Assembly (NCBI GenBank): GCA_965203055.1
Contig: OZ241863.1
Coordinates: 1,952,001 to 2,016,000 of the forward strand
Direction: 5' to 3'
DNA length: 64,000 nucleotides
Source: Spirochaetia bacterium
GTDB taxonomy: Bacteria; Spirochaetota; Spirochaetia; SZUA-6; Bin103
A program made the translations under genes and the position numbers. The notes beneath the pieces were generated by a model. It was given only the letters and a program-made list of their open reading frames with translations. It searched no databases and had not been told where the DNA came from. This document shows positions 39,853-50,065 of this stretch, piece by piece. Each line of letters begins with the position of its first letter. Positions within the stretch are counted from its first letter, which is position 1.

Positions 39853-41456
39853 CGGGGCCTGCCGCCGCGGCCGCCGGGCCGCGCAGCGCGGTTGCGCTGC
39901 GCGGCATCGACAAGCGGTTCGGGGCGGTGCGCGCCAACCGGGAGGTGTCGCTGGAGGTGGCGAAGGGGTCGATCCACGGCATCATCGGTGAGAACGGCGC
40001 CGGCAAGTCGACCTTGATGAGCATCCTGTACGGCTTCTACCGGGCCGATTCCGGGAGCATCGAGGTGGACGGCCGCGCCGTGGAGATCACCAGTCCGGCG
40101 GCCGCCATCGCCGCCGGCATCGGCATGGTGCACCAGCACTTCATGCTGGTCGAGCCGCTCACCGTGCTGGAAAACGTGCTGCTCGGCGCCGAACAGGGGC
40201 CGCTGCTGCGCCGCGGCCTGCGCCGGGCGCGCGCCGAGCTGGAGCGCCTGGAGCGGGAGTACGGGCTGGAAGTGGAGGTGGACGCGCGGGTCGGGGAGCT
40301 GCCGGTGGGCCTGCAGCAGCGGGTGGAGATCCTCAAGGCCCTGTACCGCGGCGCCGAGACCCTGATCCTGGATGAGCCGACCGGGGTGCTGACCCCGCAG
40401 GAGGCGGACGAACTGTTTCGCATCCTGGCGGCGCTCAAGGCGCAGGGCCGGACCATGATCCTGATCACTCACAAGCTGCGCGAGATCATGGCGATCACCG
40501 ACCGCGTCACGGTGATGCGGCGCGGCGCGGTGGTGGCCAACGTCGCCACCGCCGACACCTCGCGCGAACATCTGGCGGAGCTGATGGTGGGGCGCAAGGT
40601 GTTGCTGCGGGTGCGGAAGCGGCCGGCGCGGCCGGGCGCGGTGCTGCTCCGGGCGGAGCATCTCGACTACACCGACGCCGCCGGCGTGCGCCGCGTCCGC
40701 GACCTGAGCCTGACCGTGCGCCGCGGCGAGATCGTCGGCATCGCCGGCGTGGCCGGCAACGGCCAGTCGGAGCTGCTGGCCCTGCTGGCCGGCATCGCGC
40801 GGCCCGCCGGCGGCGCGCTGACGGTGAACGGCGCGGCGCTGTACCCGCCCGCCGCCGAAGCCGCCCCCGCCGCCGAAGCGGGCGCCTCCCCCGGCCGCGG
40901 CGCGGTGGACGCGCGCCGAGTGCGCCACGCCGGCCTGGGGCACGTACCGGAAGACCGCCAGCGCATGGGGCTGGTCACCAGCTTCGCGGCCTACGAGTCG
41001 TCGATCCTGGGCTATCACGACGAGCGCGCCTACAACGGCCCGCTGCTGATGCACCGGCGCCGCATCGTCGCCTCCTCCCAACGGCAGATGAACGAATTCG
41101 ACGTGCGCCCGGCGGACCCGCTGCTGCGCTGCGCCGGCTTCTCCGGCGGCAACCAGCAGAAGATCATCGTCGCCCGCGAGCTGGACCGCGACCCGGACGT
41201 GCTGCTGATCGGCCAGCCCACGCGCGGCCTCGACATCGGCGCCATCGAGTTCATCCACCGCCGCCTGATCGCGCTGCGCGACCAGGGCAAGGGAATCCTG
41301 CTGGTGTCGGTGGAACTGGACGAGATCATGTCGCTGAGCGACCGCATCCTGGTGCTGTTCGACGGCGCGATTGCCGGCGAGGTGGCCGGCGCGGAAGCGA
41401 CGGAACAGACCCTGGGCGCGCTGATGGCCGGGGTCGGGGCAGCCGGGGCGGCCTGA
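39843..41456 (+). CDS. Nucleoside/sugar ABC ATP-binding protein (tandem NBD); start uncertain
   Basis: GENGAGKST, LDEPT, SGGNQQK, QPTRGLD. Confidence 0.9.
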   Translation: MSVAGPAAAAAGPRSAVALRGIDKRFGAVRANREVSLEVAKGSIHGIIGENGAGKSTLMSILYGFYRADSGSIEVDGRAVEITSPAAAIAAGIGMVHQHFMLVEPLTVLENVLLGAEQGPLLRRGLRRARAELERLEREYGLEVEVDARVGELPVGLQQRVEILKALYRGAETLILDEPTGVLTPQEADELFRILAALKAQGRTMILITHKLREIMAITDRVTVMRRGAVVANVATADTSREHLAELMVGRKVLLRVRKRPARPGAVLLRAEHLDYTDAAGVRRVRDLSLTVRRGEIVGIAGVAGNGQSELLALLAGIARPAGGALTVNGAALYPPAAEAAPAAEAGASPGRGAVDARRVRHAGLGHVPEDRQRMGLVTSFAAYESSILGYHDERAYNGPLLMHRRRIVASSQRQMNEFDVRPADPLLRCAGFSGGNQQKIIVARELDRDPDVLLIGQPTRGLDIGAIEFIHRRLIALRDQGKGILLVSVELDEIMSLSDRILVLFDGAIAGEVAGAEATEQTLGALMAGVGAAGAA

Positions 41457-41457
41457 G

Positions 41458-42606
41458 GTGGCGGCCAACGATCCCGGCTCCGGCCTGCCGCGCTGGGCCA
41501 ACGCCGCGCTGCTGCCGCTGATCAACCTGCTGGCGGCGTTCGCGGTTTCGGGGGTCGTGATCCTGGTGCTGGGCGAAAGCCCGGTGCAGGCGCTGGTGAG
41601 CCTGGTGCGCGGCGCCTTCGGCTTTCGCGAGGCGTGGGGCTACACGCTCTATTACGCCACCAACTTCATCTTTACCGCGCTGGCGGTCTCGGTGGCGCTG
41701 CATTGCGGACTGTTCAACATCGGCGGCGAGGGGCAGGGGTATATCGGCGGCCTCGGGGTCGGCCTGGTGTGCCTGTTCCTGGACGGGCTGCCGTTCCTGC
41801 TGCTGGCGCCGCTGGCGGTGCTGGGCGGCGCCCTGTGCGGGGCGCTGTGGGCCTGGGCGCCGGGGTACCTGCAGGCGAAGCGCGGCTCTCACGTGGTGAT
41901 CACCACCATCATGTTCAACTTCATCGCCGCCACCCTGATGGTCTATCTGCTGGTGAACGTATTGATCGAGCCGGGGCAGATGTCGCCGCAGAGCCGCGCC
42001 TTCGCCGACCACGCCACGCTGCCGGCGATGCACGAGCTGCTCGCCCGGATCGGGATCGACTTCCCGCGCACGCCGCTGAACCTGGCGTTCCCGTGGGCGC
42101 TGGTATGCGGCGTGCTGGTGTGGATCTTCATCTGGCATACCCGCTGGGGCTACGAGCTGCGCACGGTCGGCGCCAACCCGGAGGCCGCGGTCTACGCCGG
42201 CATCTCGCCGGCGCGCAACATCATCCGCGCGATGGCAATTTCCGGCGCGCTGGCGGGAATGATGGGGCTGAACGAGGTGATGGGGGTGAACCACCGGCTG
42301 CTGCTCAACTTCACCGCCGGCTACGGCTTCGTCGGCATCGCGGTGTCGCTGATGGGGCGCAACCATCCGGTCGGGATCCTGCTGGCCAGCGTCCTGTTCG
42401 GCGCGCTCTACCAGGGCGGCGCGGAGCTGGCGTTCGAGATGCCGCGCGTGACGCGCGACCTGGTGGTGGTGATCCAGGGCCTCGTGATCCTCTTCGTGGG
42501 CGCCCTGGAGTACCTGTTCCTGCCGGCGCTGCGGCCCTGGTTGCGGGCGCGGCGGCAGGCCGCGGGCGGGCCGCCGGCGGCGGCCGGCGCGGGGGCGGAG
42601 GGGTAG
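41458..42606 (+). CDS. Nucleoside ABC permease
   Basis: GLFNIGGEGQ; GYELRTVGAN. Confidence 0.9.
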   Translation: MAANDPGSGLPRWANAALLPLINLLAAFAVSGVVILVLGESPVQALVSLVRGAFGFREAWGYTLYYATNFIFTALAVSVALHCGLFNIGGEGQGYIGGLGVGLVCLFLDGLPFLLLAPLAVLGGALCGALWAWAPGYLQAKRGSHVVITTIMFNFIAATLMVYLLVNVLIEPGQMSPQSRAFADHATLPAMHELLARIGIDFPRTPLNLAFPWALVCGVLVWIFIWHTRWGYELRTVGANPEAAVYAGISPARNIIRAMAISGALAGMMGLNEVMGVNHRLLLNFTAGYGFVGIAVSLMGRNHPVGILLASVLFGALYQGGAELAFEMPRVTRDLVVVIQGLVILFVGALEYLFLPALRPWLRARRQAAGGPPAAAGAGAEG

Positions 42607-42612
42607 CGCGGC

Positions 42613-43650
42613 GTGGCGGCCGTCGGCTTCTTCGTCCTGCTGCTGGACGCCGCCCTGCGGGTGTCGGTGCCGCTGGTGCTGGCCGCCCTGGCGGGGTTGT
42701 TCTCGGAGCGCTCGGGGATCGTGGACATCGGCCTGGAGGGCAAGATGCTCGGCGCCGCGTTCGCGGCCGCGGCAGCCTCCTACGTGTGCTCCGAGCGGCT
42801 CGCGGCCGCCGGGCTCACCGGCCTGCTGCCGGCCGCGGCCTGGGTCGGGCTGCTGGCCGGGGTCGGGTGGTCGATGCTGCTGGCGCTGCTCCACGGCGTG
42901 GCCTGCATTCGCTACCACGGCAACCAGATCGTCTCCGGGGTAGCGATCAACATCCTCATGTCGGGGCTCACCGTGCTGCTCGGCATCGCCTGGTTCAGTC
43001 AGGGCGGACGCACGCCGCAACTGCCGCCGGAGGGCCGCTTCCGCCCGCTGGTGTGGCCCGGCGCCGAGGCGCTGCGGGAGGTGCCGCTGGTCGGGCACCT
43101 GTACAGCGAGCTGTTGTCGGGCCACAACGTGCTGGTGTACTTGGCCTTCGCCGCGGTGCCGCTGGCGTTCTGGGTGGTCTACCGCACCCGCTTCGGCCTG
43201 CGCCTGCGCGCGGTGGGCGAAAACCCGGAGGCGGTGGACACCGCCGGCATCTCGGTGGCCGGCATGCGCTATCGGGCGGTGCTGCTGTGCGGCGCGCTGT
43301 GCGGGGTCGCCGGGGCCTACCTGTCCACCGCGCAATCGGCGGCGTTCATCAGGGACATGACCGCCGGCAAGGGATTCATCGCCCTGGCGGCGCTGGTGTT
43401 CGGAAAGTGGCGCCCGGTGCCTACATTGCTGGCCTGCCTGCTGTTCGGGTTTCTGGACGCGGTCGCCGCCCGGCTGCAGGGCGCGTTCGACCTGGAGGCC
43501 AGCTCCGGGCTGGTGCGCGAGCTGGTCGACGCGGCCCCGTTCCTCATCGAGGCCCTGCCCTACGCGCTGGTAGTGCTGCTCCTGGCCGGCTTCGTCGGCC
43601 GCGCCGTCGCCCCCAAGGCCAGCGGCCTCCCCTACCTCAAGTCGGGCTAG
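42613..43650 (+). CDS. Nucleoside ABC permease
   Basis: SERSGIVDIGLEG; GLRLRAVGENP. Confidence 0.9.
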   Translation: MAAVGFFVLLLDAALRVSVPLVLAALAGLFSERSGIVDIGLEGKMLGAAFAAAAASYVCSERLAAAGLTGLLPAAAWVGLLAGVGWSMLLALLHGVACIRYHGNQIVSGVAINILMSGLTVLLGIAWFSQGGRTPQLPPEGRFRPLVWPGAEALREVPLVGHLYSELLSGHNVLVYLAFAAVPLAFWVVYRTRFGLRLRAVGENPEAVDTAGISVAGMRYRAVLLCGALCGVAGAYLSTAQSAAFIRDMTAGKGFIALAALVFGKWRPVPTLLACLLFGFLDAVAARLQGAFDLEASSGLVRELVDAAPFLIEALPYALVVLLLAGFVGRAVAPKASGLPYLKSG

Positions 43651-43732
43651 CCGGCGGGCCGGGCGACCGGGCGCATTTCCAAAATGCAGGTAAGCGTCAG
43701 GCCGCTTGGCGGCCAAGCCCAAGTCTCAGTGA

Positions 43733-45097
43733 TCACCGGTCTACCGGCGCCTGACGATCCTCGCCGGGGCGCCCGCATCCGGCGCCGGCGTGGCGGTAGC
43801 GATGATGGGCGGCGCACAGCAGGCGCAGATTGTTCGGCTCGGCGCCGCCGCCGCAGGCATACGGCACCACGTGATCGATCTGCAGCAGGTGTTGGGAGCC
43901 GCAGCGGCGCCCGCTGGTGCGGTCCACGTAGCGGCAGCGGCCCCGGTCGCGCCGCCACACCTCGCGCTTGACCGCCGCCGGGATGGCGCGGCCGGTCGCG
44001 CCGCCTGCCTTCGCTGCCGAAGTTTCGGTCCGCGCCGGCGGCGCAGCCCGCGCCGCGCCCGCCGGCGCAGCCTGACGGCCGGGGCGCCGCGTCTTCGGCG
44101 CCGAAGTGGTGTCGCCCGCCGGTTTCACTGCCGGTTTCACCGCCGAAGTGTCCGGGCGGCGGTTCGCCTGCAGCGGCGAAGCGGCTTGGTCTCCCGGCTG
44201 CGCCGGCGCCTGAGCCGATACCTTCGCCGCCGAAGGAGCGGCGCTGTTCGAGCCGGCCTCCTGCTTCGCTGCCGAAGCGGCGCCGCGAGTCGAGGCCGCC
44301 CGCGTCTTCGCCGCCGAAGTTTGCTCGGCGCCTTTGGCCGGCGCGCCGCGCCGCCCGCGCGGCGGCCGGGCCGGATCGTGGCGGTCGAGCCCTTCCCGCA
44401 CCAGCCGCCCCATGAGCTGCCCCATCGTCAGGTGCGGATCGACGTGGGACAGGAGGCCCTTGAGCCGCTCCAAACCGCGCCGGCACTCATCGTCGATCAC
44501 CGCCTTGAGTTCCCAGCGCCCGCCGCCCAGGGGCCGCACCCGATCCGCCGGCGCCGCCAGCTCCGGGTCCACCTCGGCCAGCAACTGCATCACCTCCCGG
44601 CTGCTCTTGCCGGACGCCTGCTCCACCAGCTCCCGCCGCGCCTCCGGGTCCAGCACCGGCGGTGGCGCCGCGCCGTCCTGCGACTGAGCGGCGGTCCCGA
44701 ACCCGGCCCCGCCCGGCGCACTACGCGCCGCCCGTTCCTTCTTGCGCTCCTGCCGGTCGAAGGCGTTCTGCAACTGCGCGGCCGCGTTCAGCGTTATCGT
44801 GCCATTCTGCAGGCGCTCGCGCACGCCCTCGACGTCCGCGCAGAGCCGCATCGCCTTGATGCGCCGCCACGCCGCGGCGTCGCTGTAACCCAACTCGCGC
44901 ACCGCGTAATCGAACAGGCTCGAGAACCCGCGGCGCAGGTACAGACGGCGCTTCTGGATCTCGCGCAGGTGGTCGATGACGACGACTTCGAGATGGTGTT
45001 CGATGCCGGAAAGTTCCTTGGTCCGCTCCAGCAAGCGGTCGTCTGAGAGGGCGGATACGGTAGTGGTGACGGCCTCGTCGGAAGCATGTTTGTGCAT
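43733..45097 (-). CDS. HNH endonuclease with DUF222-like N-terminal domain (paralog)
   Basis: 454 aa; near-identical to 11271-12635 outside the linker. Confidence 0.85.
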   Translation of the reverse strand: MHKHASDEAVTTTVSALSDDRLLERTKELSGIEHHLEVVVIDHLREIQKRRLYLRRGFSSLFDYAVRELGYSDAAAWRRIKAMRLCADVEGVRERLQNGTITLNAAAQLQNAFDRQERKKERAARSAPGGAGFGTAAQSQDGAAPPPVLDPEARRELVEQASGKSSREVMQLLAEVDPELAAPADRVRPLGGGRWELKAVIDDECRRGLERLKGLLSHVDPHLTMGQLMGRLVREGLDRHDPARPPRGRRGAPAKGAEQTSAAKTRAASTRGAASAAKQEAGSNSAAPSAAKVSAQAPAQPGDQAASPLQANRRPDTSAVKPAVKPAGDTTSAPKTRRPGRQAAPAGAARAAPPARTETSAAKAGGATGRAIPAAVKREVWRRDRGRCRYVDRTSGRRCGSQHLLQIDHVVPYACGGGAEPNNLRLLCAAHHRYRHAGAGCGRPGEDRQAPVDR

Positions 45098-45103
45098 GAT
45101 ATA

Positions 45104-45132
45104 AGTATAATCATGGAAACTACTTGAGTCAA
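45104..45132 (-). promoter_or_regulatory. Sigma70 promoter, leaderless, for HNH copy 2
   Basis: TTGACT-17-TATACT-6-ATG; -35, spacer and -10 identical to copy 1. Confidence 0.8.
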
Positions 45133-45261
45133 GTAATTCGGCCCGAATATGTCACCTGCTGGCGTGACTTGGCGGCGCATTTCCAAGCGGTTGGACGTTC
45201 CGTCAGATGCTACTGCCGAGACTGTCGCCGGCGTCGAGCGCATTTCCTCTATACTCGGCGC

Positions 45262-45477
45262 ATGACAGTGCGCATCGCTCTGGATGATGACTTGTTGGCT
45301 GAGCTGGACCGGCGCGCCGGGGCAGGACGCCGCAGCGCGTTCATCTCCCAGGAACGACGCTGGGATGAAATCGAAGCGTCTTTCGGCACGATTTCGGACA
45401 CCGGTCACGAGTGGGACGACGATCCGGCCGCCTGGGTCCGGCGTCAGCGCCGCGGCGACGACCGTCGCTCCGGATAA
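45262..45477 (+). CDS. Ribbon-helix-helix (CopG/VapB-like) antitoxin, orphan
   Basis: MTVRIALDDDLLAELDRRAG..RSAFI; TATACT 6 nt before ATG. Confidence 0.65.
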   Translation: MTVRIALDDDLLAELDRRAGAGRRSAFISQERRWDEIEASFGTISDTGHEWDDDPAAWVRRQRRGDDRRSG

Positions 45478-45480
45478 CCG

Positions 45481-46713
45481 ATGATGCGGGAGCCGGCGGG
45501 GCCGACCGGGCAGGCCGCGGTGGTCGAGGCGGCGCTGCGGCGCGGTTCCCTGCGCCGGCCGGCGGCGGCGGAAGCGTCATTCGTCGATCTGATCTGCGCC
45601 GTGCACCGCGGCGCCGGCGTCGATGCGGCGCCTACCGCGCATAGCGGCGCCGTCGCCCGGCACCTGTTCGAGCGCCGCCACCTGGTGCTGGTGCTGGTCG
45701 ACGGCATGGGCATGAGCGCGCTCGCCGACCCGGCCGCCGCCGACCTGCGGAGCCGCGTGCGGCTGGAACTGGACGCCGTGTTCCCGGCCACCACCGCCTG
45801 CGCCATGACGACCGTGGCGACCGGCATGTGGCCGGCTCAGCATGGCGTTCCCGGCTGGTGGGCGTACCTTGCCGAGCATGATCTGGCGGCCACCGTGCTG
45901 CTGTTCCGGGAACGCCACTCGGGCCGCGGCCTGCGCCGCCACGGCGTTCGCGCCGGGCACCTCTGGCCGCATCCGTCGCGGTTCGCCGAGGTAAGCCGCA
46001 GCATGGAGATGCGGGTGCCGCTGGCGTACGTGCTGAGCACCTTCAGCCGCTATCTGAGCGGCCGCTGCCGGACGCGCGGCTACTACTCGCTACGCCACGC
46101 GCAACGCCGGATCCTGCGCCGCCTGCGCAACCTGAGCCGCCGCCGGTCCGCGCCCTCCATCACCTACTGGTACATACCGGATTACGACGCCGCCTGCCAT
46201 ACCGGCGGCGTGGCCGGCGCGCAGGCGCGCAATACGCTGCAGCAGATCCAGGACCTGCTGCTGGAGCTGGCGGCGGCGGCGCCGGACGACGCCCTGATCG
46301 CCGCCACCGCCGACCACGGCCTGATCGACCTTGGCGGCGACGGCGACCGCGCGCCGCTGTTCCCCGGCGACCCGCTGCTCGCCTGTCTGCGCTGCGCGCC
46401 GACCGGCGAGGGCCGCACACCCCACTTTCACGTCCGCCCCGGCAAGGGCGCGGAGCTGGTCGAGCGCGTCGCCGACCGGGCCGGCGACCGCCTTGCGCTG
46501 CTCAGCCAGGGCGAAGCCGAGGATCTGCGCCTGTTCGGCCCGCAGCCGCTCAGCGCTCTGGCGCGGCAACGGTTCGGCGACTACATCGGCATCACGCTGG
46601 CGCCGTTCACGCTCGCCTACTACGAATCCCCCGACTCCACCTCGCTGCGCCACGTCGGCGTCCACGGCGGCATGACCCCCGCCGAAGTACGGATTCCGCT
46701 CGCCGTGCTGTGA
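45481..46713 (+). CDS. Alkaline phosphatase superfamily (nucleotide pyrophosphatase/phosphodiesterase)
   Basis: LVDGMG, FPATT, YDAACH, TADHG, GVHGG. Confidence 0.85.
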   Translation: MMREPAGPTGQAAVVEAALRRGSLRRPAAAEASFVDLICAVHRGAGVDAAPTAHSGAVARHLFERRHLVLVLVDGMGMSALADPAAADLRSRVRLELDAVFPATTACAMTTVATGMWPAQHGVPGWWAYLAEHDLAATVLLFRERHSGRGLRRHGVRAGHLWPHPSRFAEVSRSMEMRVPLAYVLSTFSRYLSGRCRTRGYYSLRHAQRRILRRLRNLSRRRSAPSITYWYIPDYDAACHTGGVAGAQARNTLQQIQDLLLELAAAAPDDALIAATADHGLIDLGGDGDRAPLFPGDPLLACLRCAPTGEGRTPHFHVRPGKGAELVERVADRAGDRLALLSQGEAEDLRLFGPQPLSALARQRFGDYIGITLAPFTLAYYESPDSTSLRHVGVHGGMTPAEVRIPLAVL

Positions 46714-46768
46714 GTCGCAGGCCCGCGGGTTCTCGCGGCCGGCGCGGGAATCGTGGCATGCTGGGGCC

Positions 46769-49700
46769 GTGGCTCGTCAGGCCGAGCGACAGACCGGCAC
46801 GGTTCCGCGCGCCGGCATGCTCGCGGAGGTGCGCAACCGGAGCGGCGTGGTGACCGCGGTCGAGCCGTTCGACGGCCATGAGGGGCGGCTGCACTTGGTG
46901 CACGTCGAGTACAAGGACAGCCGCGCGCCGGCCGCCGAGCGCCTGTTATGGGAGCTGGAGCAGCCCGGCGGCTCGCTGCTCGAACCGAATGCGCTGCCCG
47001 ACGCTAGCAGCGGCGACGCCATGGACCCGGCCGATTTCGACGCGCTCCTGCGCGCGGCGCGCTGGACGGCGCTCACTCCGTATCTCGACTTCGACGGCCG
47101 GGGGGCGGCGCGCCGCGAACCGCTGGCCAGCCCCTTCCACGGCGCGGTGCGGCCGGAGGATTACCAGCTCGTGCCATTGCTGAAGGCGCTCCGCATGCCC
47201 CGCGTCAGCCTGCTGATCGCCGACGACGTGGGCCTCGGCAAGACGATCGAGGCGGGCCTGATCCTTACCGAGCTGCTGCTCCGGCGCCGCATCCGGCGCG
47301 TGCTGGTGCTGGCCCCGGCGGCGCTGCGCCGACAGTGGCGCGACGAGCTGTGGGAGAAGTTCTCGCTCCGCTTCGAGGTGGTCGACCGCCACCGTACCGA
47401 GCTGGCGCGCCGCCGCCTCGGCATGGACGCCAATCCGTGGCGCTCGTTCGACCGCATCGTCGCCTCCTTCCACTACCTGCGCCAACCGGACGTGCGCGAG
47501 CAGTTTCTGGCCGCCTGCCGCGCCCCGCAGGGATCGCCGCATCTGCCGTGGGACCTGCTGATCGTCGACGAATGCCACCACCTCATGCCCGCCCCGTTCG
47601 GCGAGGACAGCGAGCTGTGCCGCACCATGCGCCTGGTGGCGCCGCGCTTCGAGCACCGGCTGTTCCTGTCCGCCACGCCGCACAACGGCCACACGCGGTC
47701 GTTCACCGGCCTGCTGGAGATGCTCGATCCGGTGCGCTTCACCCGCACCGCGGAGCTGACCCCGGCGCTGCGCGCGCGCGTCGACGACGTCGTCATTCGG
47801 CGTCTGAAGCGCGACGTCAACGCCGCCGCCGCCGCGCCCCGGTTCTGCCGCCGCCTCCCGCCGGCGGCCCTGCCGCTCGCCTTCGACCCGCGTGAGGCGG
47901 CGCTGGCCGCGGCCTTCGACGCCCTGCGCGCCGCGGTGCGCCGGCTGGTGGCCCCGCATCCCGGCCGCGCGTCCGGGCCGCGCGTGCGGGCCGGCACCTT
48001 CGCGGTCGAGATCCTGGGCAAGCGGCTGCTGTCGTGTCCCACGGCGTTCGCCGAGTCGTGGCGCCGCACCCGGCAGGGGTTGGCGGAGCCGGCCGCGGCC
48101 GGCGAACGCGAGCTGCAGGCCGCGGCCCGCGCGCTGCGCCAGGAGACCGGCGACGACCGCGAGACGCAGGCGCGCGCCGCGACCGCCGCTACCGTCGCCG
48201 GCGCCTGGCTGAAGAACTTCGGCGCCGCGCTGGCGGCCGAGATCGGCGCCATCGACGCGGCGCTGGCCGGCCTCGGCTTCGACCTCGACGGCGCGCCGCC
48301 GGTGGAGCGGACGCCGGCCGCGGACGCCCGCTTTACAGCCCTGGTCGGGTTGATCGAGCGGCTGCTGCGCGCCGGCGACCGGTTTCGCGGCGACGAACGG
48401 CTGATCGTCTTCACCGAGTACAAGACCACGCTCGACTACCTCGCGCGGCGCCTGCGGCAGCGCTATGCCGAGGAGCGGATCCTGACCCTGTTCGGGGCGG
48501 GCGGCCCGGACGGCATGAACGATCTCGACCGCGAGCAGGTCAAGGCGTCCTTCAACGATCCGGCGGCGCCGGTACGCGTGCTGGTGGCGACCGACGCGGC
48601 GTCCGAGGGCCTCAACCTGCACCGCACCGCCCGCTACGTGCTGCACTACGACTGTCCCTGGAACCCGTCCCGGCTGGAGCAGCGCAACGGCCGCCTCGAC
48701 CGCTACGGCCAGGCGCGCGACGTGACGGTGCATCACTTCGTCAGCGACACCGACCATGACCTGCGGTTCCTCGCGCACGTGGTCCGCAAGGCCGCCGAGA
48801 TCCGCGAGGACCTCGGCGCGGTCAACGAAGTGTTCGACCGCGCCGTGCACCGCCGCCTGATCCTGGGCGACGACGCGGCCGCGGTGCAGGCCGACCTGGA
48901 CCGGGGGCTGGCCGGCGCGCGCGAACGCGCCTCCTTCCCGGCCGACCCCGGCGCGGCGCCGGACAACGACGCGGTGCAGGCCGCGCTGCTCGACGCGCTG
49001 GCGGCGGAGCTCGATCTCGATGCGCCGGCGCTGGGCGCAGCCCTCGGCACCGCCATGGCGGCGACGGCCGGCGGCAAGCGCCAGCTCCGCCCGGTGGCCG
49101 AGGAACCCGGTTGCCATACCGTGGCGGACCCCGGCCTCGCCGGCTGGCGCGACGTGATCGACCAGGCGGTGCGCCGCCCTGCGCCCGGCGGCGAACCGGG
49201 ACCGATGCCGAAGCTCGCCTTCAGCACCGCGCCGTTCATCGAACGGCTGGGGGCGCTGAGCGTGTTCCGGCCGCGCCGCGACGCCGTGCTCATGCACCTG
49301 TCTCATCCGCTGATCCAGCGGGCGCTGGCGGTGCTGGCGCGGCGCCGCTACCCCGGCGAGCACCAAGTCTCGCGCTGGACCGTGCGCCGCGGCGCGGTGC
49401 CGGCGACGGCCGACGCCCTGCTCCTGCTGAGCATCGAGGAGCTGGCCGTAAACGAGCTGCGCGAAACCTTCCATCGCTGGACCCGCACGGTGGTGTTTCC
49501 GGTGCAGGACGGGGAACTGGGGCTGCCGCTCGCCCATCAGCCGCCGCAGGCACTGCGCGCCGCGCCGGCCGCGGCGTTGACGCGCGCCGAACGGCGCCGC
49601 GCCGGCGAGCTCCTGGAAGAGGTCGACCGCGACCTGAGAGACTGGCTGCGCCGGTACCGCGGCGAGCTGAGCGCGGCGCTGCGCGAGCAGCTCGCCGCCG

Positions 49701-50065
49701 ACGGCGCCGGCGCGCGCCGCCGGGAGGATGACCGCTACCGCCAACGCCAGGGCGAGTTGTCGGGGCTGATCGAGCGCTCGACGGTCGCGCGCCTCACGCG
49801 CGAGATCGACGACCTGAACGTGCGCGCCGCGCAGGGTGAGTTGTTCGACCAGGAGGGGCGCCGGGCCGCGCTGGCGCAGTCGATCGAGGAAAAGCGGGAG
49901 GAGATCGCCCGCCGCCGCCGGCACTACGAGGAGCTGCGCGCGCAGTTGCAGCAGGAACGCGCCCGCCTCCTCGAGCACCTCCTGCCCAAGCGCTTCGCCA
50001 TGGCCGGCTCCGCGCGCGTATTTCCCGTGGCGGCGGAGATTCGCCTCCCGGAGCGCCGAGGATGA
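46769..50065 (+). CDS. drmD: DISARM SNF2-like helicase DrmD
   Basis: LIADDVGLGKTIEAG, DECH, LSATPHNG, ATDAASEGLNL, WNPSRLEQRNGRLDRYGQ; coupled to an MTase-like gene. Confidence 0.82.
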   Translation: MARQAERQTGTVPRAGMLAEVRNRSGVVTAVEPFDGHEGRLHLVHVEYKDSRAPAAERLLWELEQPGGSLLEPNALPDASSGDAMDPADFDALLRAARWTALTPYLDFDGRGAARREPLASPFHGAVRPEDYQLVPLLKALRMPRVSLLIADDVGLGKTIEAGLILTELLLRRRIRRVLVLAPAALRRQWRDELWEKFSLRFEVVDRHRTELARRRLGMDANPWRSFDRIVASFHYLRQPDVREQFLAACRAPQGSPHLPWDLLIVDECHHLMPAPFGEDSELCRTMRLVAPRFEHRLFLSATPHNGHTRSFTGLLEMLDPVRFTRTAELTPALRARVDDVVIRRLKRDVNAAAAAPRFCRRLPPAALPLAFDPREAALAAAFDALRAAVRRLVAPHPGRASGPRVRAGTFAVEILGKRLLSCPTAFAESWRRTRQGLAEPAAAGERELQAAARALRQETGDDRETQARAATAATVAGAWLKNFGAALAAEIGAIDAALAGLGFDLDGAPPVERTPAADARFTALVGLIERLLRAGDRFRGDERLIVFTEYKTTLDYLARRLRQRYAEERILTLFGAGGPDGMNDLDREQVKASFNDPAAPVRVLVATDAASEGLNLHRTARYVLHYDCPWNPSRLEQRNGRLDRYGQARDVTVHHFVSDTDHDLRFLAHVVRKAAEIREDLGAVNEVFDRAVHRRLILGDDAAAVQADLDRGLAGARERASFPADPGAAPDNDAVQAALLDALAAELDLDAPALGAALGTAMAATAGGKRQLRPVAEEPGCHTVADPGLAGWRDVIDQAVRRPAPGGEPGPMPKLAFSTAPFIERLGALSVFRPRRDAVLMHLSHPLIQRALAVLARRRYPGEHQVSRWTVRRGAVPATADALLLLSIEELAVNELRETFHRWTRTVVFPVQDGELGLPLAHQPPQALRAAPAAALTRAERRRAGELLEEVDRDLRDWLRRYRGELSAALREQLAADGAGARRREDDRYRQRQGELSGLIERSTVARLTREIDDLNVRAAQGELFDQEGRRAALAQSIEEKREEIARRRRHYEELRAQLQQERARLLEHLLPKRFAMAGSARVFPVAAEIRLPERRG

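Larger units (their letters stand above)
43668..45240 (-). mobile_element. HNH-nuclease repeat element, copy 2
   Basis: Homologous to 11155-12780; GCGCATTTCC at 43671, 45175 and 45238. Confidence 0.7.

Noticed and set aside
43733..45097. IscB or Cas9-like nuclease
   Set aside because: No PLMP or RuvC motifs; only a C-terminal HNH.
45481..46713. PglZ partner for the orphan pglX
   Set aside because: Only 410 aa, lacks the long PglZ N-terminal region, and has generic phosphodiesterase motifs 24 kb from pglX.
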